Shown in pieces: positions 36,683 to 47,302 of a DNA stretch of 47,302 bases. The stretch is from Perkinsus chesapeaki ATCC PRA-425 (taxonomy: Eukaryota > Protista > Perkinsozoa). Below the pieces are notes generated by a model, which searched no databases, was not told the origin of the DNA, and saw only the letters and a list, made by a program, of their open reading frames with translations. Made by a program: the position numbers and the translations under genes. The stretch lies in assembly GCA_013115145.1 (NCBI GenBank), contig JAAPAO010000248.1, positions 1 to 47,302 of the forward strand. Direction: 5' to 3'. The stretch's first letter is position 1. Each line of letters begins with the position of its first letter.

Positions 36683-36914
36683 CGATATAAATACAATGCT
36701 AATAGCTCACTCTTGTGCTATAACTAAGACCGCTGAGCGAACGAGCTAATACAGACCGGGGGCTAGAATGAGCTAATATCACCAAGTCGAACAAATAGCC
36801 GGGAGAAAGGCCCGAGCGCTATGTTATGGCAGACCATTGCCCTCGAAGTATCCTCTAAGTCCATCTAGCATCATAATGCTATTGTCACAGTGACATAGTA
36901 GTACACCGTTAGCC

Positions 36915-37936
36915 TTACGATGCAGAACAGCAGGGCCGACAGGCAGCTAATGCGCATGCGTACAATGCTAATGGCTGCTGGGTGCACGCATGCGCAGACC
37001 TCCCTAGAGATGTCGCTGGTGAGCTAATGAGGAAAGGCGTTAACACGAAGGCAATCGAACCATGGGAAATAAATGTGACAATGTTACAGTTATGGTTAGA
37101 ACAGCAGAAGGAGCGAGAATTGTACATGCACACATCCAGAGCATCAGGCAGCGGAGGGCTCCAAGGTGCGAGGGCACGTCACGCCGCCTTCTTTAGTGCT
37201 CTTTGGGAGCGAACGGCCTTTTGCTTGCGGCAGATGCGACATCGGTGGTGCCGAAGGTTGAGGGTATATCATCTCAATCGGGGAAGAACCTCCCCCATGA
37301 TCACAGTGGAGTCCTTCACAATTGCCCTAAGAGAGAGACGCCGTAGCACACCGCACAGAAGCGCACGCGTGCAGCATAATGGACAGCCGAGTTGATGTAC
37401 ATATCCTCTTTAGCATGACAAGCTTACCTCTGCTCGAACTGTTCGCGGCAAATGCGAGAGAGCTTCAACGCATACCTCCGCGAAGGTACTTTCATTAGAA
37501 TCGGCCACACTGTGGACGTTACCATCGACCAGAGACTCCAATACGGGAGTGCTAAAGGGAGACGCCACTTGAATGTGACGGCGGCAAGCAATGGTTACCC
37601 CCACCTTTTAAGGATGTAATACAATGGTCCAAGAGTAACTAAGCTACCAACAAGGGAGCCTAGACATATAAAGGACCATGAGCGAATGTCAATGGTGGTG
37701 TGGAACCTTATCCATCCAGAGATCAGTTCTCCCATGGTAACGTGTGCAACCTACAAGGTTTGACGAACACTAGTAGCCACGGGGCAGTGGCTAGTTACCA
37801 TGAGGACTGCAAAGCAAGCTACGTATCCGATAAGGAAGCATGCCACCAATCGCCGAGGCCACTTCCGACCACCACACCTACATCGAGTAGATGCGCCCCG
37901 AGATATGAGAGATGAAGAGGAAGTGGATGGAGGCAT
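36915..37936 (-). CDS. Hypothetical membrane-anchored protein (exon structure unresolved)
   Basis: MPPSTSSSS...RRLVACFLIGYVACFAVLMVTSH (N-terminal TM), followed by short ORFs with plausible splice sites (...RTVRAE|gtaagc). The 3' end is uncertain. Confidence 0.33.
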
Positions 37937-38139
37937 GGGGAGGAGGAGGGTCAGCTAACCCTGATCATAACTGAAACCGACAGCATGGCGAACCCTGAAC
38001 ACAAAGCTATAAAGCGTGGATGTATTTGCATGCTAATTTAATGCGTTGATGATGGTGACGATATTATTCGTCCCACACTAGTGGATGATGAATTTATACT
38101 AACTGAACATCATCATCATCATCATCACCCTACCCTTCT

Positions 38140-39710
38140 TCATATACATAACCTTGAGACGTTCCTGCCTGGAAGGTGGAGTCTATTTTCCCTCCTGATG
38201 GACAGTAATTCAAAGACGATATACACAACAATCTCACCCGACACGGCGCCCCACACCCTAGCCTGGACTCTAGTGCGCTGGTCTGATGCTGCTGTTGTTC
38301 TGGAGACAGGACCCGCTGCCGGGAAGGATGATTGATGCTGACTGGTGATTGACTGGAAGCGTGGTCCAAGGGGTGGCTTGTTGGACACGTTGAGTGATGT
38401 CGTTACCACAGTACCACCGGCTTCAATCCTCGTCGAGGCAGTGGCTGCGGTCAATGATGAAGCTCTAAAGCAACACATTCCAAGTCCCGCTCCATGGCCG
38501 CTCCTGTACCTTGGTCCGGACAGGCTAGTGGTTACGGACCTAGTAACCGCAGCAGGGCCTTGTGGAGTTTTCTGAGGGCCACCATCACTGGAAGTTCTAA
38601 GCAAAGTGACATGCAGTGGTATCGCTTATGATGCTTACAAATCCTCTATAGACTTCACTGTACCATCGATACCAATTCTTATCCTCCTCACCACTCGACC
38701 TTGTATCTCATTACTGAACAAGGCGGGCACACCTCCTGCCAGCCCAATACCACCCAGCTGTTGTTGTTGTTGCTGGAAGGGAGGGGAGGCGCCGTAGTTA
38801 CCATTATATCTCGTCGCCATAGGTGTACCGAATAGCTGAGATAGAGCAACACACATTACTCTGCGATCCCGCGGCGGCACGGTTTCCACTGGCGGCGTCA
38901 CCTGTCTCCCTCCTCCTCCTGCTGGTGGCGCGGTGAATTCCCGTGCGGCACCACTGTTAGTCACAGAATGCATGGGGCAGCCAACTGTCGTGGTTATTGT
39001 CGAAGCTCCCAGGGCATCCTTGTTAGGATCGGCGGCGAAGATAGGCGGCCAGCGATAGGTTCGGGTGCCCGCTTGGGGTGTTGGGGGCATCGAAGGTTGC
39101 TGGGGACTTGGGACAATTTGCCTCGGTCGTGGTGGCTGAGGGGACTACACCAAGCCCTGCTGTAGGGCAAAGCTAGCTGGCACTTACGAAGAACATCGGG
39201 GTGAAATCTCTAGCGGGACGAGGAGTGTTTTGTAGGGATGACGCAGGGATTACCGGTGGCCTAGTTGCCTGTTGAGGGCTTCGTCTCTGGCACTAAAATG
39301 GATTCGCTCAACGAAGCCTACGGTGCGCCTCACCACTGGAGCCTCAGTGGCACGCCGGATGACTGGAGCAGCAGCAGTGCCCAGTGTCGGTTGGAACTGC
39401 GGTATAACAGATGGGGGCACACTGTCACCAAAGGCAGCACTAGAGAAGGGAGGAGGAGAAGGAGGAGGCATACCGTTGCCGGACTAAATGGAAGAGTGGA
39501 GTTGAAACACAGATGATGCCCTGCCTTCAGCATAGCCGACCAGGGACATCTCGAATCTGCTTGAACATTGTAGTGGTGGTGGTGATTCATATTAACACTT
39601 GTCCAGCGATGTGGTGACACGGCAATATGCGGAGCACCCTGCATGGGCATTGGACTGCTGCCTAATTGATCTAAAGGGACTGGTCCGGGTTGATGACCCG
39701 CAGCAGACAT
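38140..39710 (-). CDS. Hypothetical Pro/Gly/Thr-rich low-complexity protein, multi-exon
   Basis: Chain of minus-strand ORFs (MSAAGHQPGP..., MPPPSPPPF..., MPPTPQAG..., LRTSSDGGP...) separated by intron-sized gaps. Confidence 0.5.
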
Positions 39711-39881
39711 TATAAACAGGAGGACAGCTGCGAATGGTGGTAATGATACGGCTGATGAGATACAAGTACTTCTATGCGTAGCATCAAGCACGCAGGTGGA
39801 GCACGCACCGTTACCTTATCTGCACTTAATTGATCGAACAAGCAACAAAAGGGAGAGAAGTAATAAGAAACTGAGTCTGAG

Positions 39882-40629
39882 TCAACTGGTATGCGTTGAC
39901 ATCAATACACGAGCAGCTTCCTCCTTAACACTCTTATCGAAGCCAACTAATGCCCTCTTCACCACAACCGGCAGATCCTCCTTACATCGCTCCAGGAGGG
40001 AACACATAAGGGATCTTAGGCTCTAAAGGCAGCAGCAACAGGCAACAACAGGCAACAACAACAATACCAAAGTACTATAGCTTACCTCATCGGCTCCGGG
40101 TTGATAGTTTTTAGACGGTATAAAATTAACCTTAGTGTCTGCAAAATCATCCTCTGCATCAACCGAATCGATCTAAGGAGGAGCAGGCATCTTTATAGAG
40201 CGTGAACTGTGACCAGGTACAGCGTACCGACGGTATGCTGATCTCTCCCTTGGCCTCACATAGGGACTTGCCATAGTCAATAGGTATAGTAACCTACAAG
40301 GAGGTACGTGACCCTAGCCAGGGACTCTGGTGATGGCACCTTAACATCAATTGTCATTCGTATCTCATATATAGCGGTGATGCCCTTCTTCCCCATCGTT
40401 GCTGTTGCATCACACTCTCTGACATGTACCTTCATTACCCTAACACATTTGAGGAAGTTACGGTATAAGGCCGGGTATCCTACTTCATAGTAGGATAAGT
40501 ATCGCCAACTGCTTGTGGCAGCTCCACTGGTCGCCAATTAGTCAAATCATTAAGGTATGTATTAGCCCATTTTGTGAGGTTAACTTCAGTCCAAGGAGAT
40601 GATGACGCTGAAGCAGCAGCAGCAGCCAT
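39882..40629 (-). CDS. Aha1 N-domain-only (Hch1-like) Hsp90 co-chaperone-like protein
   Basis: MAAAAASASSSPWTEVNLTKWANTYLNDL...VMKVHVRECDATATMGKKGITAIYEIRMTIDV...AKGEISIP...DSVDAEDDF resembles Aha1-N (WTEK-x-x-x-x-W...A-x-x-x-x-RKGK-x-I-x-x-Y). No C-terminal START domain before the stop. Confidence 0.65.
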
Positions 40630-40954
40630 TGTACATTCTATAAAACAACTATACGAGAATCCTTACTCGAGAAGGGGCATTTATAACACAAAAGGAGACA
40701 ATAAGTATATTAGGAAAATACAGTCTTGTAGTGTCAGTGTGGCAGCGGTATCATCATCAATGGCTCCTTTAGATAATAGCAACATTACCAATGGCCACAC
40801 TGAGGTCATCAGAGAGTAATAGTAAATAACGACGTTCAGCTGTACTACCGACTACTGGCAGCGACCAACATGACAAGTATCATCATCACAAACCAATTTC
40901 GTGGCGCAGTGACTATTCTCAGAACCCACGTAGTTTCTGCTGCTGTTGTTGTTG

Positions 40955-43900
40955 TTAAATGATCAAGTCCATCTCAGTCCGCCAATATCGGTTGTTGTAT
41001 CTGAGCCACAGAGACATTCAAACACTCCAGCAGCAACAGCAGCAGCAGCTCAGTGTCCTACGGTCCCAACTTGGGTACTTCTGGATGGTCCTGCTCCTCC
41101 TCCTGACCATCCCATGTCAGAGGTATTCGAGGGTAGAAGGCAACCTAGAAGGAAGATAGGAGCTGATAGAGGGAGGGTATCTTACCAAGGCATCTTCAGC
41201 ACCGATGTACAGGGAGTTATACACGCGCCAGTAGCATTCACGCACCCGTCGAGCTGGATGCCAGAGACCTTGGACGACGTATCTTAGCGAGGCACAAAAT
41301 GCACGCATCAAGCTGCCAATTATAACAGGCTTACTGTAGAACTCGGGATGGACCAATACTGACACGCATACCATCCATGGCATCGAAAAAGGCCTGAAAA
41401 AGAGGCGGAGCGATGCACTCGAGGAACACCAATAATAGCGCCTACCTGAATCATATGGGGCGCTGTCTCAAATATATTAGGGAAGATGTAGTTCATAAGA
41501 TGCTCCAAACACTCCTCTTGACCGAGAGCGTGAACACCTAATAAGGTTATTGATCCGAAGCACTGCTATACTGCAGGGTGCCCCCCTACCGAGTGCCATA
41601 TGCTTTATTGCCCATGTTGCAGTCTGACGATGCACAAGATTACGATCAATAAGAGCATCCTCGAATAGAGGTGTCACAGCATGTACATAATCCTTACCCA
41701 TCTCACCAATGTACCTAATAAACACCATTACACTTATAATATTATAAGATTTGTGTAAAAGGAGGAGTGGTTAGGCCATCACAAAAGGGGCATTATTCTT
41801 GAACCGATAACATACGTTAGTGTTATGTCTTACTCAAACATAAATGATAAACTCTTTAAGATACCATGCTGCACGTTCATCTCAGGAACCTTGTACTCGT
41901 TCATGATAGCAGGCAATACTGTGAAGGGACCACAGGTCTCCGCGACAATACCAATAGCAACCGTTGCTGACAACAATAACAACATTACCGCGCGCCATTA
42001 AATTGCCGTGCTGTAGTACTGCAAACCCTCAATTGACGTTCCAGCACTTTAAGATTGTTTAGCAGTGTGGCAATTACGTCATGTGGTCCAATGGCCTTTG
42101 CAATATACCTACAATGGAGGGATAGGATGCAAATTAACAGGAGCCAACTATACAAGCAGCGTACAAGTATGTAAGCACAATGTAGTTCTAAGTTCTATGT
42201 ACACTCAAAGGGGTTAGGGGGACTCTGGGGGAGAAGGGGTTTCGAATAAAAGTATAAATATCAACAATCCATCCGCATACTATGCAAGGTTTTGGCGATG
42301 AAAATCTGCAAGCACTTTGACCAGAAGATTGGGCGGCGCCAACTTCTTAGAATTGAATAAAGAGCTTTACTTACCCAAAGGTGTTAACTGCTGCTCGACG
42401 GATACCCTTCTTTTGTGCCTTCAATAACTCCAATAGATCAAAGCATATCCTATTCCACTCCCGAGGGGGTGCCAGATCCGCACCACGATCAGCTATACGA
42501 CCAATCAAATCGATACCTAATAAAATAAAATACTGCTCGCAGCAAGGGTAGTGGTAGGCTCACAGTTCTCCTCAACCTTCTCATGGCGATTCTTTAGAAT
42601 AGGGGTGAGGCGGGGCAAGAGATCCTTGATTGGAGGCGCCATTTTGGTCATACCGATGACGTTGACGATAGCCTTCAATGCACCCAGGATCGATCCCAGC
42701 ACCTGACACATCCATCGTCCCCCCTCCATCCACCTTTACCCCCCTTCCAACCTCAGGATACTCTTCACCAAGATACTCATAAAGGAACAAACCGAAGTGT
42801 CCAAGCATCTGCTCCTCTCCACACAGCTTCATAACACCAGCTATTCGGGCAATCAGATCCGCTGCTTGCTGTCGGACCTGGCAACACATAATGGGAGCTT
42901 CAATCGACCAACAGCAAGTGTCAGCTCACCCTAGCACTTGGGGTGTTCAACCTCCAACGTATGATACCAGCGATTTGAGGCAGGTAAGGCTTGATGCGAA
43001 CCTGAGGACGGCGAAGGTCGAGCTACCTGCCACGCGGGGCGATATTACCCCCAGGCAGTTAACTATGGTACCGAAACCATTAAGCATAGTCTGGGTATCA
43101 TCCGATGACTGCTCCTGGAATGCATATAACATACCATCGACAATCTGATAGAAACACCGTAGTCCAGCTTCGTCCTCGACTTAACACTAACCTGTTCTTC
43201 CAGACGAGAATCAACATCCTGCACACCCATTTCATCCACAATCTTCTCTATGGTCTCCATAACCATCCTTCGGTACCTGCCGCCATCCCAATCCCCCACC
43301 AAGCCCCCTCCCCCACCATCACTACGCTTCATTATTATCCTTAAGGTCCTCAGCTATCCTCTGTACTATCTCAGCACCGCCCACTTTACGTGCCAACTCC
43401 ACTGTGGTATCGACCAACTGCTTGTAGTTCCCTACAGTAACACACTAAACCCTAATCCTAACCCTAACAATGCCTACTTCGATCAGCAGCCATACGCACC
43501 ACCCAGAAGTTCCGGAAGAACGGTGGCAGTATATCCTCACGGACGTACGCCGGCTCCACACCTTCAGTGGCAACACACTGCTTCACAACCTTCAATACCT
43601 AAACCACAACGTTAGGAGTAAGGGACAGCAGCAGCAGACTTACGATCTTCTTCATTTCCTCATCTGGTGTTGAGAACTCCCTCACCAATATAATCATAAC
43701 CTCTCTCGTATAGTAGTTAGCATGCTCTGCGTCCATCAGCGGTATAATATATCTAAGTTAATCATACTGATAATCCACCCACCACCTGATTAATTGCTGC
43801 TGCTGGTGCTCACCCAATAGCCTTTAGGAATGCTGCCAGTCCCTTACCACGATGCTCACAGATACCCTACAAACAAGAACTACTGACAAGTTCCACTATT

Positions 43901-46900
43901 AACCCTTACCCGCCATAAAGGCCTAAGGACACTATCAAAGCATTCAATACCATACGGGAAGGATGCCTCAGCGAGAGCAGCCAATGCCAAGGCTGTAATA
44001 GTACGGACCTAACTTCAATAATAACAGTTACAGCGGCGGCGGCTTGTGCTGCCCTTCACGCCTTCTTACCTTCTGTTGTTCATCTCCCAAGCCGAACTGC
44101 ACTATATCAACTAATTGCTTAAGATACGGCAATACACCACACCCCATCAATAAGGCTATCTGTTGTACCTACCCCAATCCCTATCCCATACCCCCCCGCA
44201 CTTTATAAGATATTACAATCTTAATTCCAGTATGCCTGGCCTGCCAGCTCTTCTTACTCTGGCATACCGCCTTCAGGAACAGCATAATCTGTGGCACTCC
44301 CAACGCACTGGCCACCACCGCAAAGGCTCGTGCTGTAGTGTTACGGACGTATCTACATGTATCAACACGCTAAATGCCACCACTGGATCCTCGAGCACAA
44401 CCTACTCATCTGGATGGTCGATATCAGGCCTCATAGTAGCAATCATCGTGGCCAAGCCCGCTGCCTGAGAACGGAGCTGCCATGCAAAGAGATGGAGGCC
44501 ATGGGCATTACCTTTGATAGATTTGATATGATTTCACGCCCCTCAACTCTAGCAAAGTAGTCCTCATCGATAAGCAGTGGCTCAATGACGACTAGGATCT
44601 TATGGACATAAGGCCGAACCATATCATCCAACTTGTGGAGGACACGATCGATAACCTAACCCCCCGGCAGCAGTAACCATCAGCCTATTAGACCATCGAC
44701 TCTACCTTCACCAAAAGATGCCTTTCCTGGTCCTCTAGAGTAGTGCTCATAAGCAAAGGCAGTATCTGGTTGAATAGGGCATCTGGACCAAACTGCCTCG
44801 CTCGTTCTGTGATCTCCCTCATAGCCATCTTCCTCATTTGTGGTGTACCTGTCATCATCATCATCCACCCCCCCCCCCACCACCATAGGCCCTATACGTA
44901 CCATTCTTAACCTTGAGCAACAAGGCCATAACCTTCCTTTCCTTAGCCTCCTCTGGGCTCAGATTATCATCTGTCTCACCACCCTACAAAATAAGCAAAG
45001 ATACTCCCAGATCTATTAGCCCAGCTTGAGCCGATGACTCGATATTATTAAAGACAAATGGGTATGAAGCTTCATGGCACATGCTACTGCTGTTACGTAG
45101 CTACACAAGTAACAGAAATCCACCGATACGCACGACCCGAGGCCCTTCCATGTGGGATACAACGTGGCTCACCTGAATAAGGGCCGAGAAGTGTTGTACA
45201 TCCTCTGGCCTAAGGTCAGGTAGATCGCCAGCTCCACCATATCTAATCAACAACCGTTCAACCGGTTAATACTAGCACCTACTTAGGATGTACTAAACCA
45301 GTACCAGAGTCACTAAGGCCTGCTGTAGAGGCATCACCAAGACCGGCCATCATAGCTGGTGTGGCACCACCGGAGGGCACTGAGAAACAATGTGCGGTAG
45401 AGTACAACATCATTAATAATATAATAGCTCACAACCCCGCCAAGCTTACTGGAAAATCCCGAAGTCTCCCCCAAAGGTGTTGCTGCCTGGTTAACGCTGA
45501 TGCGATGAGCCTGCTGTTGGGCCGCATACCTGCCATACCGTAACTTCCCCAATGCTCGTTTAAAATAGAGTACCCTTCAGGCGGTCGGACAATCTCGTAG
45601 CCGGTAACCGGCAGCAATGCATCAATTTCGTCATCGGTGAGATATCTGAATCACCATAAGCATTATAACCTCGCCTTCCCCTCTTCCCCTCACCTATTCC
45701 TCTCATCCAGCTCCCTATCAATCTTCGTCATACCATACCTGCCAACAACAACATCATCAACCTAACCGCCCTAGCTCAGTAGCCTTCCATTGCTTCCTAC
45801 CCAGCTGCCTGAAACTGTGGCGTAAGGCCCATTGGCGTCTCCATACCAGGTTGGAATAGCGGTGTCGTGCCAGGGGTGACTCCAACCAAAGGTGTAGCGC
45901 CCGGCGTTGCACCAGCCCCGCCGCCTAACACGTGACATCCCCCCTTGCCCGACCATCCTACTACTTGGTGTCCGCCCAACTGCATCATCCCATCTGCTCC
46001 TGGTAGTGGGTGTCTCCCCCATACTGCCATCAGGGGTTTCCCCTCCACCTCCTAGCGGGGTCTCAGGAGGGGCGTCCGAGAACCGTGAGACGCCTAATTG
46101 AAACCATCTCCCACCCTCCTTTACACAAGCTATTACGCTTCTTCTTCGGTTCGGGTTCACCTCCACCGAATGCTCCCACTGCCGGAGTCTCGCCCCATTC
46201 TCCTGAGCCCGCCACTGGTGTTTCCCAACGGTCCTCTGGCTCCTTAATGTCAAAACCTGCCACCAGTCTGCTACGTACTACGCTTAGACAGTGTTACGGC
46301 TTCGGCGTTTTTTAACTTCTTCCTTTTTAGTTCCCTCATCTTTACCCTCATCCTTCCGTTTTATACCATTCTCTCCTTCCTTCTTTTGGTCCCGTATTTG
46401 CCTTAACACCTAAGTTGCATACACCCCTACAGCCACCGCCCCCTCAATCTATGCCATCACCCCACTGTGTATCAGACAACACAGTATGATAACCACAGTA
46501 CTGCAATAAGTGCTATATATTAACAAGTGAAAAATTCCTAGTAAGTGTTTCACTCTGCCACCAACTACATAGCCTAACACCTACCCTTCAACACTATTGG
46601 CGTATTATGCCACTACCATCTGACACCCCCCATGCTCTGTTGCCTAGTACTACTACTACCTCAGCCCTCTCCTTCTGTAGTGTAACCTGCTGTGCTACAT
46701 CCGAATAAGTAGTAAGTTCCGCAGCTGGTGTCTGGGATGAGAAGGGATCTGCTCTTTGTGGTGATAGCACCTAATAGCCCTGGTACATGGTTATAAGGCT
46801 ATCAACAGTAATACTCTATGCAGGGCTTTCTCCCTATACTCCCCCTGACGTTGATAGACCCCTTTTTGACGTTCATGTTGTGTTAACTCATCCTCCTCTT

Positions 46901-46949
46901 CTAAATCATCATCTACTCTCTTATCGGGTTTAGTTGGGGGCGGTGCCAT
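40955..46949 (-). CDS. SF3B1: Splicing factor 3B subunit 1 (SF3b155), highly intron-split
   Basis: N-terminal RWD/ETP repeats; [32 protein letters not shown]; [12 protein letters not shown]; [10 protein letters not shown]; DEQQK|VRT; [11 protein letters not shown]; [13 protein letters not shown]; NLVHRQTA; [20 protein letters not shown]; ends [10 protein letters not shown]. Confidence 0.97.
43445..43467 (-). repeat. Telomere-like hexamers inside an SF3B1 intron
   Basis: Minus strand reads TTAGGG TTAGGA TTAGGG TTTAG within a ~46-nt intron. Confidence 0.4.
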
Positions 46950-47302
46950 AGTGATATTGGAGGAGTGATGTGCAACAGCAGCAGCTCCCAACTGAATGCA
47001 AATCATGACAATGCAACAACAACAACAACGTAATAATGATGGACAACAACACCAACTGTCGATCACCAGGGCGCGCGCTACTCACATCGGTCCAACTTCG
47101 GGTGTTACAGGTTTCGCCAACCGTGATTACGCCAAAATGTAACCAAACGGATTTATAGACAACAGGACAAGTACAATAGGCAATTCAAGTTGGACCGCAG
47201 GTTTGAACGATGTGGCGATATTTGGCTGATTCGAACAAAGTTGGCCGATGTATTGGCCAAGTACACAAATCACACCAAAGTTATTGATATATGTCATATG
47301 TT

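Noticed and set aside
36982-37395. 137-aa + strand ORF as a gene or transposon relic
   Set aside because: No recognisable motif. It overlaps a plausible minus-strand gene inside an otherwise all-minus block. Unresolved without RNA data.

Overview
This is eukaryotic, gene-dense DNA with very many short (~35-60 nt) GT-AG introns, spacers often under 200 nt, and long same-strand gene blocks. The style, a bipartite-leader TPI and an AP2-like domain point to a myzozoan alveolate, most likely Perkinsus (inference, not verifiable here). Left to right: the 5' end of an LTR retrotransposon (gag, PBS, probable LTR); DBP2/DDX5-type helicase; intronless INTS11/CPSF73-like nuclease; a divergent ATG13 (HORMA domain hidden by introns); two small hyper-acidic Val/Ile/Glu/Asp/Thr-rich genes and a Gln/Pro/Tyr repeat gene; a fucosyltransferase-superfamily-like protein; a probably plastid-targeted triosephosphate isomerase; an ankyrin protein; two tandem Zn-CDF transporters; PRELI/Ups; Nup98-like FG nucleoporin; FEN1-like nuclease; ATG101; an AP2-like DNA-binding protein; an EEP nuclease/phosphatase; a coiled-coil protein; an EF-hand protein; two hypotheticals; an Aha1-N protein; SF3B1. 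The main observations are an ATG13 + ATG101 HORMA pair in one window, the acidic low-complexity gene cluster, and the plastid-type TPI leader. All exon structures were assembled by hand and gene ends may be off by an exon.
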